Origin: Octopus bimaculoides
Lineage: Eukaryota
Direction of reading: 5' to 3'
Assembly (NCBI RefSeq): GCF_001194135.2
Contig: NC_068987.1
Coordinates: 6,753,952 to 6,799,658, forward strand
Length of the DNA: 45,707 nt
The notes under the pieces are model-generated. The model searched no databases and had not been told where the DNA came from. It saw nothing but the letters and a program-made list of their open reading frames with translations. Both the position numbers and the translations under genes were made by a program. Of the stretch, positions 1 to 12,740 are shown piece by piece; the first letter of the stretch is position 1; each line of letters starts with the position of its first letter.

Positions 1-120
1 TATATATATATATATGCATGTCTTTAAGTGCATTTATGCATACGTATATGTACATATATGCATTTAGATTTACTCATATTTATGTACACATGTATACATA
101 TGTATGTATTTGTAAATATA

Positions 121-123
<3 letters not shown>

Positions 124-159
<36 letters not shown>

Positions 160-506
160 ATAGGTTTCAACTGAATGATCGTAAGCTCACACATTAAGAA
201 GGAACGTAATGTTGTAGAGTAACTGTACTTATTGCTTTCTTGGGCAGACATTATAACTCTGAAAGGAAAATAAACGCCAAATATTTACGTAGATTCATGC
301 ATATATACAGACACACATACACGCACATATTTATAGGCATATACATACACCTACCTAAACACATACACTCATATAAGTATGATTTATCTATACTCATATG
401 TGGAAAATCGTATGATAAATATCTGTATGTCCAAGTACCTTTCCATTTCCCAGCTTCTTTTTTTTGTGTGTATGTATGCTTATATATATTCTTGTGTGTA
501 TGTATG

Positions 507-549
<43 letters not shown>
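124..549. repeat. Microsatellites (GT)n 124-158 and (TA)n ~509-549
   Basis: Direct reading. Confidence 0.95.
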
Positions 550-552
<3 letters not shown>

Positions 553-594
553 AAAATCGTAGAGATAAACGGGTCGGAAATGTGAAAGAATGTG

Positions 595-898
595 ATCATG
601 TGATCACATGATCGACCATACTATTCGATGCCGTTATACATCGCTGGCCAGAATGCGTTTTGCATCGATTTAGATTTTGAATGATGCCATTCTGCTGGCT
701 ATGTATGCAGGCTAAGATCACATCCTCGCCTGGAAGGCTAGTCCCTTCTGGGAGTAGCCCTTTACAGGTGGGTGAGCCGGAGCAATGTGAAATGAAATGT
801 TTTGCTCAAGAATATAAGTCGCCGTTCGGTCCGGAAATCGAACACACGATCGCTAGATCGTGAGTGCAACACCCTGAATCACTGGGCTACGCACCTTC
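595..898 (-). mobile_element. tRNA-derived SINE (Octopus-type), decayed
   Basis: Reverse complement of 830-898 reads gaaggtgcgTAGCCCAGTGAttcagggtgttgcactcacgatctagcgatcgtgtGTTCGATTTCCggaccg, i.e. degenerate Pol III A and B boxes followed by a SINE-like body. Confidence 0.65.
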
Positions 899-1265
899 TC
901 GTGAATGAATGTAACCTATTTAAAAGTAGAAAAACAGGCATTACTATATGCAATATGTTTCTATGTGCACACGCAGTACGTACAAGCATGGAAGCGTTTC
1001 TGTCTAATATGCCTGTCTTCGTGTTTACCTGCACACGTTGATTACTTTCCTATTAGAATAACTTCGAACTTATGTGGATGCATAAATTTTGTAGAAGTTG
1101 ATACAATTTAATATAACGCAATTCTATTCAATGATATTTTTTTCGTTAGCTTTGATATCATATTCTTTGTTCATCTTCAATGCATGTGTACTTTCTGTTT
1201 TCAAATAATTTTCGTCGAGGTTTTTTTTATTCCTGCTTTTAAACAAAATTTGAAGCCACCCTCAT

Positions 1266-1316
1266 CATATATATATATATATATATGCATGGGCACACTC
1301 ACACATCCTAACCCAG

Positions 1317-1375
<59 letters not shown>

Positions 1376-1504
1376 GTCGTACGTACATAATGCATATATT
1401 TTATATGCGTCATTATATACATATTTGCATATATATGTAGGAGTGTGCGCACCTGCATATGCATATATATGTATAAATTTGTGTTTGGATGCACATCTCT
1501 CCTC

Positions 1505-1536
<32 letters not shown>

Positions 1537-2082
1537 CTATATTGCTCTCTACATATGTGTGCGTTAAATATGCAAATGATCAGTAACTTTTAATTAAGTA
1601 GTCCGTGTTATAAAAGCAGGCAGACACATCAGTTTAGTTTTAGCCCACTAAATCTTTGGGCAGATGATGGCTATTGTTTCTATAGAGACGGTGCAAGAAG
1701 ATTAGACCTGCTGCTATTAATTCATATTTTATTTAGGCTTGTACCAGAGTTCCTAAATCCTACGCCGTAAATTTCCACGAATGCAATGAAATATCCTTAC
1801 TCCTTTACATATTACTCCTTTACATATTACTCCTTTACATATTACTCCTTTACATATTAGCATACTGCCAGCTTTTTCAAAAACTATAAAGGCTAATGAA
1901 GGCTTGGCAGATACATTAGTTCAAAGTATTTTACACATCCGCCTTCAGTATGACCTTAACAATTTCACTTTGCTATCTAGTCTCCCAAATTGTAGGTAAC
2001 ACTACCAAACTCCACCAAAAATATTTGTATTCCAAGCCTATACACATGCACACACATATGTAGCTCTCTCTCCCTCCGTCTG

Positions 2083-2138
<56 letters not shown>
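1266..2138. repeat. Microsatellites (TA)n, (TCTA)n ~1317-1375, (CT)n/(TCTA)n ~1500-1541, (TA)n ~2090-2138
   Basis: Direct reading. Confidence 0.95.
1797..1859. repeat. 15-bp minisatellite (ttactcctttacata) x4
   Basis: Four perfect head-to-tail copies read directly. Confidence 0.95.
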
Positions 2139-2139
<1 letters not shown>

Positions 2140-2464
2140 GTATGTATACATAATGTTCCCGTATAAGCTTATCAATTTCTAGAGAAACTAAAAGCTACAT
2201 TGCGGATTGAATGTAATTCGAGATGAACGACCAGAAGAAATTAGTTAGGGTTACTTTCTGCATGAAATACAACGAGATAAGTTGCACACTACATTAGCTT
2301 CAACTTAAATCAGCACGCTATATGCAGTTGGATAGCGTCAAATCTTTAGAAATAAGAAGATCTCATTGTGTCCCTGCCACAGGATCCTAATCAGTTGATA
2401 TCACGTTCTATATCCCGTTCTACTTTTTGCTCTGCATGTACAACTACACACTTGTAACCATTCC

Positions 2465-2535
2465 TCTTTTCTGGAAATATGATTGACCGTCCCAGCATGG
2501 CCGCAGTCTAATGACTGAAGCAAGTAAAAGAGAAA
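2465..2535 (+). mobile_element. SINE 3' tail fragment
   Basis: ccagcatggccgcagtctaatgactgaagcaagtaaaaga; the same motif recurs at ~10075-10125 and in reverse at ~29395 and ~38870. Confidence 0.6.
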
Positions 2536-5208
2536 AAAAAAATGAAAGACAACTCTCATTGACAAAATGAAAGACAACTTGTAAAAACACAAACAATACC
2601 AATTTCGAAAGAATGGGGAAAAAGATGATATACTACTCGTTATTTCCCTAGTGTATCAATAAATAACAATGAAATTGTTTTAAGATTACCAATCAACCAA
2701 ATAACTTTAGTTGAATAATTCCTTCTTGTAGCATTATAATGAATCTATGGAAGAGTCATCTAATTTTCATTAAGTAGAAAGATTGTAAAAAGTTTGCAAA
2801 AATGCGTAAAATGAAGATGAGAAGGGAAGAATATCTTTTAAAGTCAACACGAACTACTGATAAAGATTTTGTTATATCATTATATCAGTATTACATTTGA
2901 TATACTCTACCAGGTGTGTATAGAATCCATAAGTGCTACTCTTTTCTGTTAAAGAAATAAAAAACGTCAGAACTTCCAAACACTTGGTCAGAAAAATCAA
3001 ATAAATCTCGCAATGAATAAATTAGGAAAAGCAACTATGCAAATTATTTTAGGTATTATAATAGTATATTTACGGTATATAAAACATAACACTACGCCTC
3101 TTTCACAACAGCAGATTGTATTGTAATCACCAAAAACCAAGACTAACCTGTATCTTCTAATTTACAATGACAATATACTTAACTATATAATGACCCAAAT
3201 CAAGGCCAGAATCTGTAGGATGAGTAAACAAGTAAACTCCCCTTTTGTTCATAATTTGTTCTCAACACACACACACACACACGCACACACACACAAATGG
3301 ATACGCACATTCTCTCTCTCTCTCCTACACACAAAAATTTGGAGTTATTCGATTTTACTTTCAATGTTTCGATTTCTTCAACAATAAGTTAAAACCTTAT
3401 GTTACATTACTCCACTAGCATATCATGTATTATATAACTCTTTTGCATACTTTTAAATTTTATATATGTATGTATGAATATATAAGTGTATAATGTGTGT
3501 ATGTATGTTTGTACGCCGCAGTGATCCTGGCAGTTCTAATGTATTTTAAGATTCGTGGAATAGTGCACTATTTCAACCTGAACCACAGCAGTCTCTATTA
3601 ATTTCAGCTATTATTATTTCCTGTAAATGCCTGGAACAAGCATCAGTTGATGCCTTAAACCGTACCATTCTTTTTTCTTTTATTTCGCACAACCACTTTT
3701 GTGTTAGTTAATGATGTTGAAGGCTGAGGAATATTTTTTTAAATATCAATTCATCTAACCATTGCACTTATGACAACTTGATGCATGGATCCATTACTGC
3801 TTGAAGGATATCTTCCATTGTCACTTGTCAGAAATTTAGAGTAAAATAACCTGACAGCTGACGTTCAAGCGTATTGACTCATGTTCGAAGACTGTTTGAA
3901 GAATGTAACTTTGCTCTAGAGCGATGACGATTTAAAGCAAGCGCGGATTTAATTGGCTTTGATTAATTTTGGGATCACTAACAGGGCCTGATGGAATCAA
4001 TCTAAAATTACTGCCGGTGTTCCTAGAATATGAGATATATTGCTGTGTAAGTTCTGCAATATCCTGCCCAGGTCATTTAGCACTCTCTTATTAGCTATTG
4101 TGCATTTATCCCAAATAAAATTTTGGTATCTTTTAAGAACCTATGTTCTGAAATTTGCAACAACATTGCAAGCAAGAGAAAACAAAGATGTTGTGCTATT
4201 TCAAAGTAAGAGCAGGGCAGTAATACATAAAAAAAGGTATTTATAGTAGCTACTCCTCCATGTTGATGGACTTGGCAAGCAATAGATTAATCTAGAATAC
4301 TTTCGTAGTTCCACCATATATATTACGGAAAAAATTCCTTCTGGTTGTCTAACCGCGTCTGAAATAGTAGAATACATAGTCCTCATGCCTGGAGTGAGTT
4401 TGAATTCATTGTCCTTGGGTTTATTGGCAATATTATTTGGAACAAACTTCTAAATTTCAAATGCTATATTATTAAATTTTGTGTAGTTAAGTTGATGGAT
4501 ACCGTAGTTTTGTAGTTCTTTATGTATATCATTGAGCTTGTCTACGAGGATGTTTCATCTGTGTTTTGTATTATCATGTTTAGATACAAGTGTTGATGCT
4601 TGGAATCTTCGCTCAGAACAGCACGATACTTAAATCGAAGCTGAAGTAGATTAGACGGGTAACAACTTCTAACAGCAAGGTGAAGTTAATCGAAGCTACT
4701 GACTATCATGCAATCCAACAAAGCAAATACAAATATTTCTCTGTTTCGGTTGCGCAAAGTTTGCTATTGACTATTCAAAAACTCTTAAATGAACTTGAAT
4801 CTTGCACTTTATGAAAAGCTATCTTAGAAAGCAGTATGCATGTTGACTGGCGTGTTCAGAATACTCTGTTCCAAAGGTACTATCAAAATTTATGTGAGGC
4901 AAGTAGGGGCATCTTGCTTTCATCCTCTCCATTGTTTGTTGTTTCACATGTAGTTTGACGAAATATTATGGTACAGCAATGATTTTGTAACAAGATCGTA
5001 CTGAAATAGCTTCAAAATGACTCCAAGCATCGAGTTCTTTAAACTTTACTTTTACTATGCAGAAGTTACTAGAATGAAGTGAACTCATTCTCCATTTACG
5101 AAGGAGACAGCAATTTAATGAAGACTGAGGTATCTTCATAAATGCAAAAGACAATAAAGATCTACAAGGTCTCATGACATCTGGTAATTTTGAAGCATGT
5201 TACACCAC

Positions 5209-5270
5209 CTGAGGAGGCTTACTGCACTGTACGTTGCATCCGATGTCATTACATCGTCCCACATCCATTG
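5209..5270 (-). pseudogene. Cys-rich exon-like remnant (possible EGF-like fragment)
   Basis: Minus frame reads PMDVGRCNDIGCNVQCSKPPQ and ends at CAG|gtggtg; resemblance to a laminin-type EGF segment is by eye only. Confidence 0.2.
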
Positions 5271-5348
5271 GGGAGAAGTGAGATTGAAGCCGAAACGATT
5301 GTTACACTAATGAAGCTTCTAGTTACATTCCGTCTCTCGTATCAATCA

Positions 5349-5452
<104 letters not shown>

Positions 5453-6610
5453 ATAGTAATAGATACACACGCAAATAGGCACACATATATATACATGTAT
5501 ACACATGCATATGCCTAGCACTATAAATATGCGCACATACTCGTATGCAAATAGAACACATATGGTTTCATATATATTATACTGTTTAAATAAGAATATA
5601 TGAAGCTATGCTGATGTATTACACGATAAAATGAATTAAATAAAATAATTAAATTAATTAATAATAAAATAAATGAATAAATATAATACTGGAATTATTA
5701 AATGAAGACATAAAGGGAAAAAAAAACAAAATAAATGTATATAAAAATTTTATTGCTTCTCGAATAGAGTATTGTGCTTACGTATGTGCATACACATTCG
5801 CATATAAATTTACTTGTTATTTATATTAAAATGAGGTATGTATGGAAAACGGGGTGCATATGAAAACGAGTGAACAAGAGAAGAACTCAGTACAAAAGTA
5901 GAGTGGAATTGCTTATATAGGCCGTTCCACTTACTTATTAAACCCCAGTGTCTCCAGAATCTAAGATTTTCTTTAGACAGGGGAAATATAATCACATATG
6001 TTTTTCTTGTCAAACTTAATCCTCCTATCACACTTATTGAGAGTCTTTGACACCTATAAAGACATTTTATAAATTTCATATTCCGCCTTTCGTGCCAACG
6101 AACATACGTAGTTTTTGAGTCATTGAAATATTTTTTTTACATATTGTAATATATTCCTTTTAATTTTCGATTTAATTGGTTCATAGAATTTGCAAACTTT
6201 GTAAGATAAACACCACAGTTTTAAATATCTCTAAGAATGGTATTAAAAAATGACACAAAGTTTTGCTATATTTCTCTATCATTGTTTTGTTGTATTCTGA
6301 AATTATATGAAAGACGTGGAAATGAATATTCTCAACAGGCTTTTAAGAAGAATTTCAGCCTTTACTTTAAAGGAGAAAAATTGCAGAGAGATGATTGATA
6401 ACACTAAGAAATTTAAAATGTTTTAGTTCTGTAAAATAACTCAGTTAATAACTGGAAATATTTACCTATATTTACTTGCTTAATTCTTAATACATATTGC
6501 AAAAATATGAAGATACAATTTTAGGCTCCATTTTCAAACCTTTTACCTGCGCTAGAAGCAATTATTTTAGAATTGTTACTTTTGCTTTCAATATTTTAAA
6601 TATAAATTAA

Positions 6611-6822
6611 AGAGGTGGGCTGGCAAAATTGTTAGCACGTCATGCAAAATGTTTAGTGGCGTGTCGTCTGTCTTTACATTCTGGATTCAAATGCCACAGG
6701 AGTCGACTTTGCCTTTCATCCTTTCAGGGTCGATAAAAGAAGTACAAGTTGAACAGTGGAGTCGGTGTAATCGACTTAGCTCCCTCCTCCGAAATTGCTG
6801 GCGTTGTGCCAAAATTTGAAAC
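6611..6822 (+). mobile_element. tRNA-derived SINE (family with core gtcgactttgcctttcatcctttcggggtcgataaa)
   Basis: Head gctggcaaaattgttagcac, B-box-like gattcaaatgcc, core gtcgactttgcctttcatcctttcagggtcgataaaa, tail gttgtgccaaaatttgaaac. From memory the core resembles the MetaSINE central domain; needs confirmation. Confidence 0.85.
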
Positions 6823-6843
6823 TTAATGTTTTAAATACACATT

Positions 6844-7038
6844 AAGGTGGTGAGCTGGCAGAATCGTATTCACGTCGGGTAAAATGCTTAGCGGCATTCC
6901 GTCCGTCTTTACATTCTGAGTTCAAAGCCTTTCATCCTTTCGGGATCGATAAAATAAGTACCCGTTTGAGCGCTGGGGACGATGGACTCCACTGACCCCT
7001 CCACCGAAATTGCTGACTTCGTGCCAAAATTTGAAGTC
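6844..7038 (+). mobile_element. tRNA-derived SINE, same family, with internal deletion
   Basis: gagctggcagaatcg...gagttcaaa[deletion]gcctttcatcctttcgggatcgataaaataagtacc...gtgccaaaatttgaag. Confidence 0.85.
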
Positions 7039-7056
7039 AATATCTTAAATAAAATA

Positions 7057-7228
7057 ATGGTGGAGATTGGCAGTCAATTCAATTGTTTACCTTCAGTGTT
7101 CAAATCCTGTTAATTTTTGCCATTCATCCTATCGAGGTTGATAAATTAAAGTACGACATTAGTACCAGGGCAAAGATAATCAACTATCTCCTTCTCGAAA
7201 CGGCTAACTTTGCAGCTAAATTAGAAAC
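7057..7228 (+). mobile_element. tRNA-derived SINE, same family, highly decayed
   Basis: gtgttcaaatcc...gccattcatcctatcgaggttgataaattaaagtac; third copy in a head-to-tail run. Confidence 0.6.
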
Positions 7229-7720
7229 ACTATTTAAAATTTGAGGGCACCAAATGAGACCAAATGAGACTCATGCCGATAGAAGTTGAAGCACTTTAAA
7301 ATTAAGGTTCCTAAATTTTGGCGTAAGTTATAATCTCTCAAATAAACTGATAATAAACTACTGATAGTTTTTCATAAACCATGTTGTTGAGAAATAAAAA
7401 TCAATTTGAATTCAAAATATACACAGTCGTAACGAGCATGCGTTAACGTGTATTGTTTAGTGACTTACTGACTATGCGTACCTTACGCTTGAAAATTTAG
7501 TAATGCTTTCTTATACAGGCACATGATCACACATAGTCAAATAAATCGATTCTAATAATTTGGCCAGTACTTATTGAACGAAAGTAGAAGAATGAAAGGT
7601 GAACTCGAAGTGGAACGCTGAATGTAAAGCGACACGTTAGTAAATACTGCAAGAAATTTCTTTCCGTGGAGAAGCAACAAACCGGTTGTGTGATCACTGC
7701 TATGTCCACTTTGATAATAA

Positions 7721-7934
7721 TGGTTTCAAATATTGGCACAAGGCCAGCGACCTCGGTGGGGAGGGTATCACTCGATTACATCGACTACAGTGCTCAACTG
7801 GAGCTTATTTTATCGACTCCGAAGGATGAAAGGTAGAGTGGAACTCGGCGGAATTTGAATTCAGAACGTGAAGACGGACGAAATGCCGCTAAGCATTTTT
7901 CCGGCGTGCTAACGATTTTGCCAGCTCGTGCCTT
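7721..7934 (-). mobile_element. tRNA-derived SINE, same family, near full length
   Basis: Reverse-orientation copy: ggcacaaggccagc...ttttatcgactccgaaggatgaaagg...ggcggaatttgaattcagaacg...gctaagcatttttccggcgtgctaacgattttgccagctc. Confidence 0.88.
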
Positions 7935-7965
7935 ATCTACTTTTATAATACTCCTTTCTACTACT

Positions 7966-8168
7966 AAAGACACAAAGCCTGTAGTTTAAGGGAGAGAGGA
8001 CTAGTGGATTACATCGACCCATATTTCACTGGTACATAGTTTACCGACCCCGAAAGGATGAAAGGCAAAGTCGACCTCGGCGCATTTTGAACTAAGAAGG
8101 TAAAAACGGACGAAAAACCGCGAAGCATTTTTGCTGGCGTGTTAACGATTTTACCAGCTTGCCTCCTT
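7966..8168 (-). mobile_element. tRNA-derived SINE, same family
   Basis: accgaccccgaaaggatgaaaggcaaagtcgacctcggcgcattttgaact...gtgttaacgattttaccagcttgcc. Confidence 0.85.
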
Positions 8169-8349
8169 GTCTTCTTTTATAAGATGAAAGATATGTGACA
8201 AAAATACTGTGATTAACAAGTCACAGAAGTACACAATGAACTTGAATATTCAAACATTAGGATATTTCAGTTGATAGTCTAAGTATATAATATGGGTCTC
8301 TAATGACTAGCAAGATTGACTTTGGCATATATTCGAAATTGGCTGTCAA

Positions 8350-8435
8350 GTAGCCATATGCTTGAGGACATTCCAGCCATAATCAACTTGTCTTTTTCAG
8401 ACATATACGAAGGACTATACCATCTTCCACCGTCT
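8350..8435 (-). pseudogene. Exon-like remnant resembling the end of a fucolectin-like domain and start of an EGF-like repeat
   Basis: Minus frame TVEDGIVLRICLKKTS*LWLECPQAYGY, compared by eye with the ILxLCEVxV-x-CPxGxYG junction of molluscan FTP-EGF proteins; one in-frame stop. Confidence 0.2.
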
Positions 8436-9139
8436 GCCTCAACAGATTTAATTAGCACTTTAGGTGACAGCAACGACATAAAGATTCATGATACAAAACT
8501 CTATAATGATAACGTTAATGACAATAACCGAAATAAAGATAACACCGATATCAACCACAAAATTAATGTTATCATAATTACAGTAATCTTATTAATACTG
8601 AGTGTTTCCATTGTACAACTATGATCAGCCTCATGCGTTTGGGTATGTGCAATAGTATTTACTGTATTGATTTTACTCTAAGTGATATGTTTAGAACACA
8701 CAGTAATGCTATATTTTAATATTACGTATCTATGTAAGTCTATGAGGACCAAATACTTGTATTTTAGGAATTGATTTTGTTTATAGAAATTCTATTTATA
8801 TTTGAATAAATATTCGAATTTGTTTCAAATGTATTCATCCTTTAATGTTCCTACATAGCCAGGAGAAGTATTTTCTCTGATGGATTTTAAACTATATTAT
8901 TCATTTGATTTAGATTTCTTTTATTTTTTTTTTATTTCAAAGCTCGAGTAGTCTGTAGTTGTGACTAAACGCATTTTCTTCTGTTCTCTACACCAGTAGC
9001 ACTTGAAACTTCAAACTAGTATAAACACGAGAGAACACACGCAAGAGAATATATTTTAGGCTCTATATTGGGGATAAACTTTTTCAAAGAACAATACGAG
9101 AACTATTTCTATAAATACATACAACAAATTATATTAGTT

Positions 9140-9337
9140 TCAAATTTTCGTACAAGGCCAACAATTTCAGTGGAAGTTTTAAGTAGATTGCACTGACCCT
9201 TGTATTCAACTGGTACTTATTTTATCGACCCCGTAAGGATGACAAGCAAAGGCGATTTAGGTGGCATTTGAACTTAGAACGTAAAGACAGATAAAATACT
9301 GCTAAGCACTTTTTCCAGCATGGTAATGATTCTGCCA
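9140..9337 (-). mobile_element. tRNA-derived SINE, same family, decayed
   Basis: caactggtacttattttatcgaccccgtaaggatgacaagcaaagg...ggcatttgaacttagaacgtaaagac...gctaagcactttttccagcatggtaatgattctgcca. Confidence 0.8.
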
Positions 9338-10493
9338 TAAATCATACTGGTGTCAAATTTTTGCACAAGGTCAGCAAGTTCGGGGTTGGAGTAAATCGTT
9401 TATATTATAAGACAGTGGGAATGAGATTTCTGTATTTCTGTACATAATTATGTGCATGGACTGCATATTGTTTGAAAAAAAACTTTAATAAGCTGTTTTT
9501 AAGAAAGAAATTTCTGAAAACATATCTTACTAACACTTGTCATCTTTCTGAGATTGCATTGTTTTCTGCCTCTTACGTAATTAGATATAATCAATAATTT
9601 GATTAAAAGTCTTCGAGTTAATTTTGAACTAGTAATAAACTGACGAAAATTTTTGTATCCTACACATGGATGATTCCCGTTGTAATTATTGATATGAGAA
9701 AAGCACATGCTAGTTCTCTTCCTGTGAATTCAATTTATACCTTTCATGGGAAGATCAAGGGTATTTGCCAAAAACATATTACCCCCAACACTGTATAAAT
9801 CAGTGAACTACAGCCTTGTCTTTGCCGAAAATAAAGTATTAAGAAACAAATTGGATTTATACACCGAGGAATGTGATAAATTAGTGAAAAAGTACAAAAT
9901 ACGATGTTGGAGCAGCTTTGGAGACAAAATGAAAGCGAGACAAAAAAAAAAAATGTAGAGACAGTGCATACTTTTACGAAATACACAATTTGGTGTCAGA
10001 AACTTGAAAGTAAACTGACATGTGACGATAGTGAAATCTGATGAATTAATAAACAAGCTATAATGAAACGCGATGCTCCAGAATGGCCGCAGTCAAATAA
10101 ATGACTGGAACATGTAAAAGAATAACAATGCTATTTCTCGTTCGTTCTTCCCGTACAACTTGCTCAAACGCCTCTATTATTCTACACCTCGAGTAACCGC
10201 AAAGTAATTGCCACTTATTCGCGCAAACACATGTGGGACCGCTGCTGTTAAGTTTAGAGAACCATGTGCAGTCTGCTTCCAGTGCAGTAGTTAATTACTA
10301 TACATAGTAGATATTAGTTCTTTGTAACATAATGCAAGAATGCGTTCCCCGATGATCTGTTGTGGTTCAGCATCCAATTGCCTTTGGAACATCCAAACAA
10401 CCACCATGGCTTAACGTACGTAAGAATAATAATTCAAATTTGTGTTTATCGTAATTTCACACGCACGCATGCATGCTTGCATGTATATATGTA

Positions 10494-10659
10494 TGTAGAC
10501 GACGGGCTTCTTTAAATATCCGACTACCAAGTCCACTCATAAGGCTTTGGTCGCCCAGTGTTCACAGTAGAAGACACTTGCCAAAGTTGTCACGCAGTAG
10601 AACTGAACCCGGAGCCATGTGGTTAGGAAGCAAACTTTATACCACACAGCGACGCCTGC
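10494..10659 (-). mobile_element. tRNA-derived SINE, second family (CORE-like)
   Basis: tagaagacacttgccaaagttgtcacgcagtagaactgaacccggagccatgtggttaggaagcaaactttataccacacagcgacgcctgcg: reverse complement has a tRNA-like head plus the CORE-type (cttgcccaagg) motif; homologous to the copy at 29395-29712. Confidence 0.75.
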
Positions 10660-11369
10660 GTGTATGTGTATATATGTTATATATATATATATATATATAC
10701 GTATGTATGTATGTATGCTTGCATGTATGTATATATATATGTATGTATGTCTGTGTGTGTGTCTCCGTGTTCGTGTATCTGTGTATATACATATGTATGT
10801 GTATGTATATGTGTGTGTGTTTGTATTCACAGAACAACCATTTCTTTGTCTCATTTTTTTTTCTTCTACACTTTATCCTCCTTCTAACTTTCGATTAAAT
10901 TTTCTAATTCTCTCTAGGAAAGCTCGAGACCTATAAGACATCAACTACATTAATCTTTCAATGAGCATGAAACTAGTAATTGCATCTTGTTTTCACTGTG
11001 TCATTTCTAGTATCTGATTCGCAGTTAATTCTGTACTTATATATAACTTAATGTATCACTTATCTACAATCTCCATCAAATGAATTATCTTGATAGAGAA
11101 ATACTTGGTATTTATAAATTTGATATTATACAATTCCACCTTCTCGGCAGTATATGTTTGTTGGTATCTCTAAAAATCTAAAATTATAACTTTAGAGTCT
11201 AACGAACATGGTTGCGGGCAAACTACTTCATTAATTAATTGATTAATTGATTGCTTACAAAATTAATTACTGTATGGATTTACAAAAAAATTATACGTAC
11301 AAACCAATATATAGTGATGAAATTGTTTCTCTAGCCATTCGAAACGAGCCTAATTTTATATAAAGTTAC

Positions 11370-11605
11370 GTAACAGCATTCTCTCCATTTTTTCCGTTTG
11401 ATTGATTGCTATTATACACTGTGATAACTGCACCAACCAACTGGTTGGCGAATTTCCTCGGATTTACGGTTTGTACGGAATGCTCTGTGGATTTAACCTA
11501 TACAGATTCCGATCTTCCTCACTTGATATTCTGTTAGCAATGTTCTTCGCATGGAATGCTGGTTTTCGGTTTTCGGCTGACTGCATCAACCCCTATTTTC
11601 TATCA
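11370..11605 (-). pseudogene. Decayed exon resembling a fucolectin/F5-8 type C (FTP) domain segment
   Basis: Bounded by ttatag| and |gtaact. One frame reads **KIGVDAVSRKPKTSIPCEEHC*QNIK*GRSESV*VKSTEHSVQTVNPRKFANQLVGAVITVYNSNQSNGKNGENAV; the 3' half resembles the fucolectin VxIxNR...RLxGAEIxIGNSxxNNG pattern. Five stops. Confidence 0.3.
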
Positions 11606-11855
11606 CTATAAACTATATGAACATGCATACGTAAATACATTTCGATGTAAAAATGAGGGGAAAGGGTACCCAATATCTATAGTAAGGCTGGTTCATTTAT
11701 TTATTCGAGATTGGGTTCTACTCTTATCTGGAGAGGAAGAACGCATTCGTCGTTACTATTTTTTTTTATTGTCATTGTGTTCTTCATATCGTGAAATATG
11801 AGGTGATAGCAGTTAATTGGTGTATCAAATCTTTCAAGTGTGTCTAGTGTTAAGG

Positions 11856-11856
<1 letters not shown>

Positions 11857-11930
<74 letters not shown>
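11857..11930. repeat. Compound microsatellite (CA)n(TA)n abutting the mariner end
   Basis: Direct reading. Confidence 0.97.
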
Positions 11931-11945
11931 CCGAGGCACGATAAG

Positions 11946-12740
11946 TACGAAAGGTATATGTTTAAGATTTCCTTTGACCCAGTTCCCAAGGACTGGGATA
12001 AAGGAAACTTAGCATAATTATTAGTCCTTCTCTACATAACTATCACCACTACCACCAATGGTGACACACCTCTCCCATCACTTTATGCAGTGTGAAGACC
12101 TCGTCTGTAGAAGTCGGTATGTTGCGTCTGGAGCCAAGACCTTATATCGGAAATAAGTTGATTATCATCCGAAAATTACTTCAAAGAAGACTTCATGGTT
12201 GGAAAAAGGTGGAAGTCAGATGGCGCAAGGTTCGGAGAGTAAGGAGGATGGGGAAAGATTTCATAACCGCAGAGAGTGCTTTGATCTGGGTAACACGCGC
12301 ATTGTGAACTGGGGTGTTGTCTCGAAGGAGGCGAACTCGTTTGGTCAGCCTCACTGCTTTGATGGTGTTTCGCAATTTCTGCAGCAGAGAAGCTGCTCTT
12401 TGCCAGAAAATCCACCATCACTACTCCACCCTTTGCCAGAAAATCCATCATCAGTACTCTGCGCTGGTCCCAAAAGACTGTGAGCATCAACTTATCTGCT
12501 TAGGGTTGTACACGAGCCTTCTTTGGAGGTGGTGAGTTATGCTTCCATTGCTGCGATTGGACTTTAGTCTCAGGATCATAGTAAAAGTTTCATTATGTGT
12601 GATAAGTCTACCGGAAAAGTCCTCCTCGTTCTCTCGGCACATTGTCAAAGAGCCTGGGACCAGTTGACTCGTTCCTGACTTCTGAAAAGCTGCGAGCTTC
12701 CGAGTAATCCATCATGCAGACAACTTCCGTATATGCAAAT
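11946..12740 (-). mobile_element. Mariner (Tc1/mariner, D,D34D) transposon fossil, 5'-truncated transposase pseudogene
   Basis: Minus-strand frames give RKLSA*WITRKL, YYDPETKVQSQQWKHNSPPPKKARVQP*ADKLMLTVFWDQ, EIFPHPPYSPNLAPSDFHLFPTMKSSLK and WERCVTIGGSGDSYVEKD* (stop 12021-12023), all hallmark mariner motifs. Degenerate TA-flanked TIR-like sequence tacgaaagg at 11946. Confidence 0.92.

Noticed and set aside
4201-4386. Minus-strand ORF with VIYMVELRKYSRLIYCLP, faintly like the pre-M1 region of nicotinic-type/chemotactile receptors
   Set aside because: No Cys-loop, no M1-M4 helices, and no flanking exons fit; resemblance too weak.
6611-8168. Repeated ~200-bp units as tRNA genes or a CRISPR-like array
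   Set aside because: The heads have A/B boxes but no cloverleaf, and the units are dispersed, diverged SINEs in both orientations; this is eukaryotic DNA with no repeat-spacer structure.
8316-8624. 102-aa plus-strand ORF with N/D-rich and hydrophobic tail
   Set aside because: The tail comes from a (AAT/GAT)-type low-complexity tract; no motif support.
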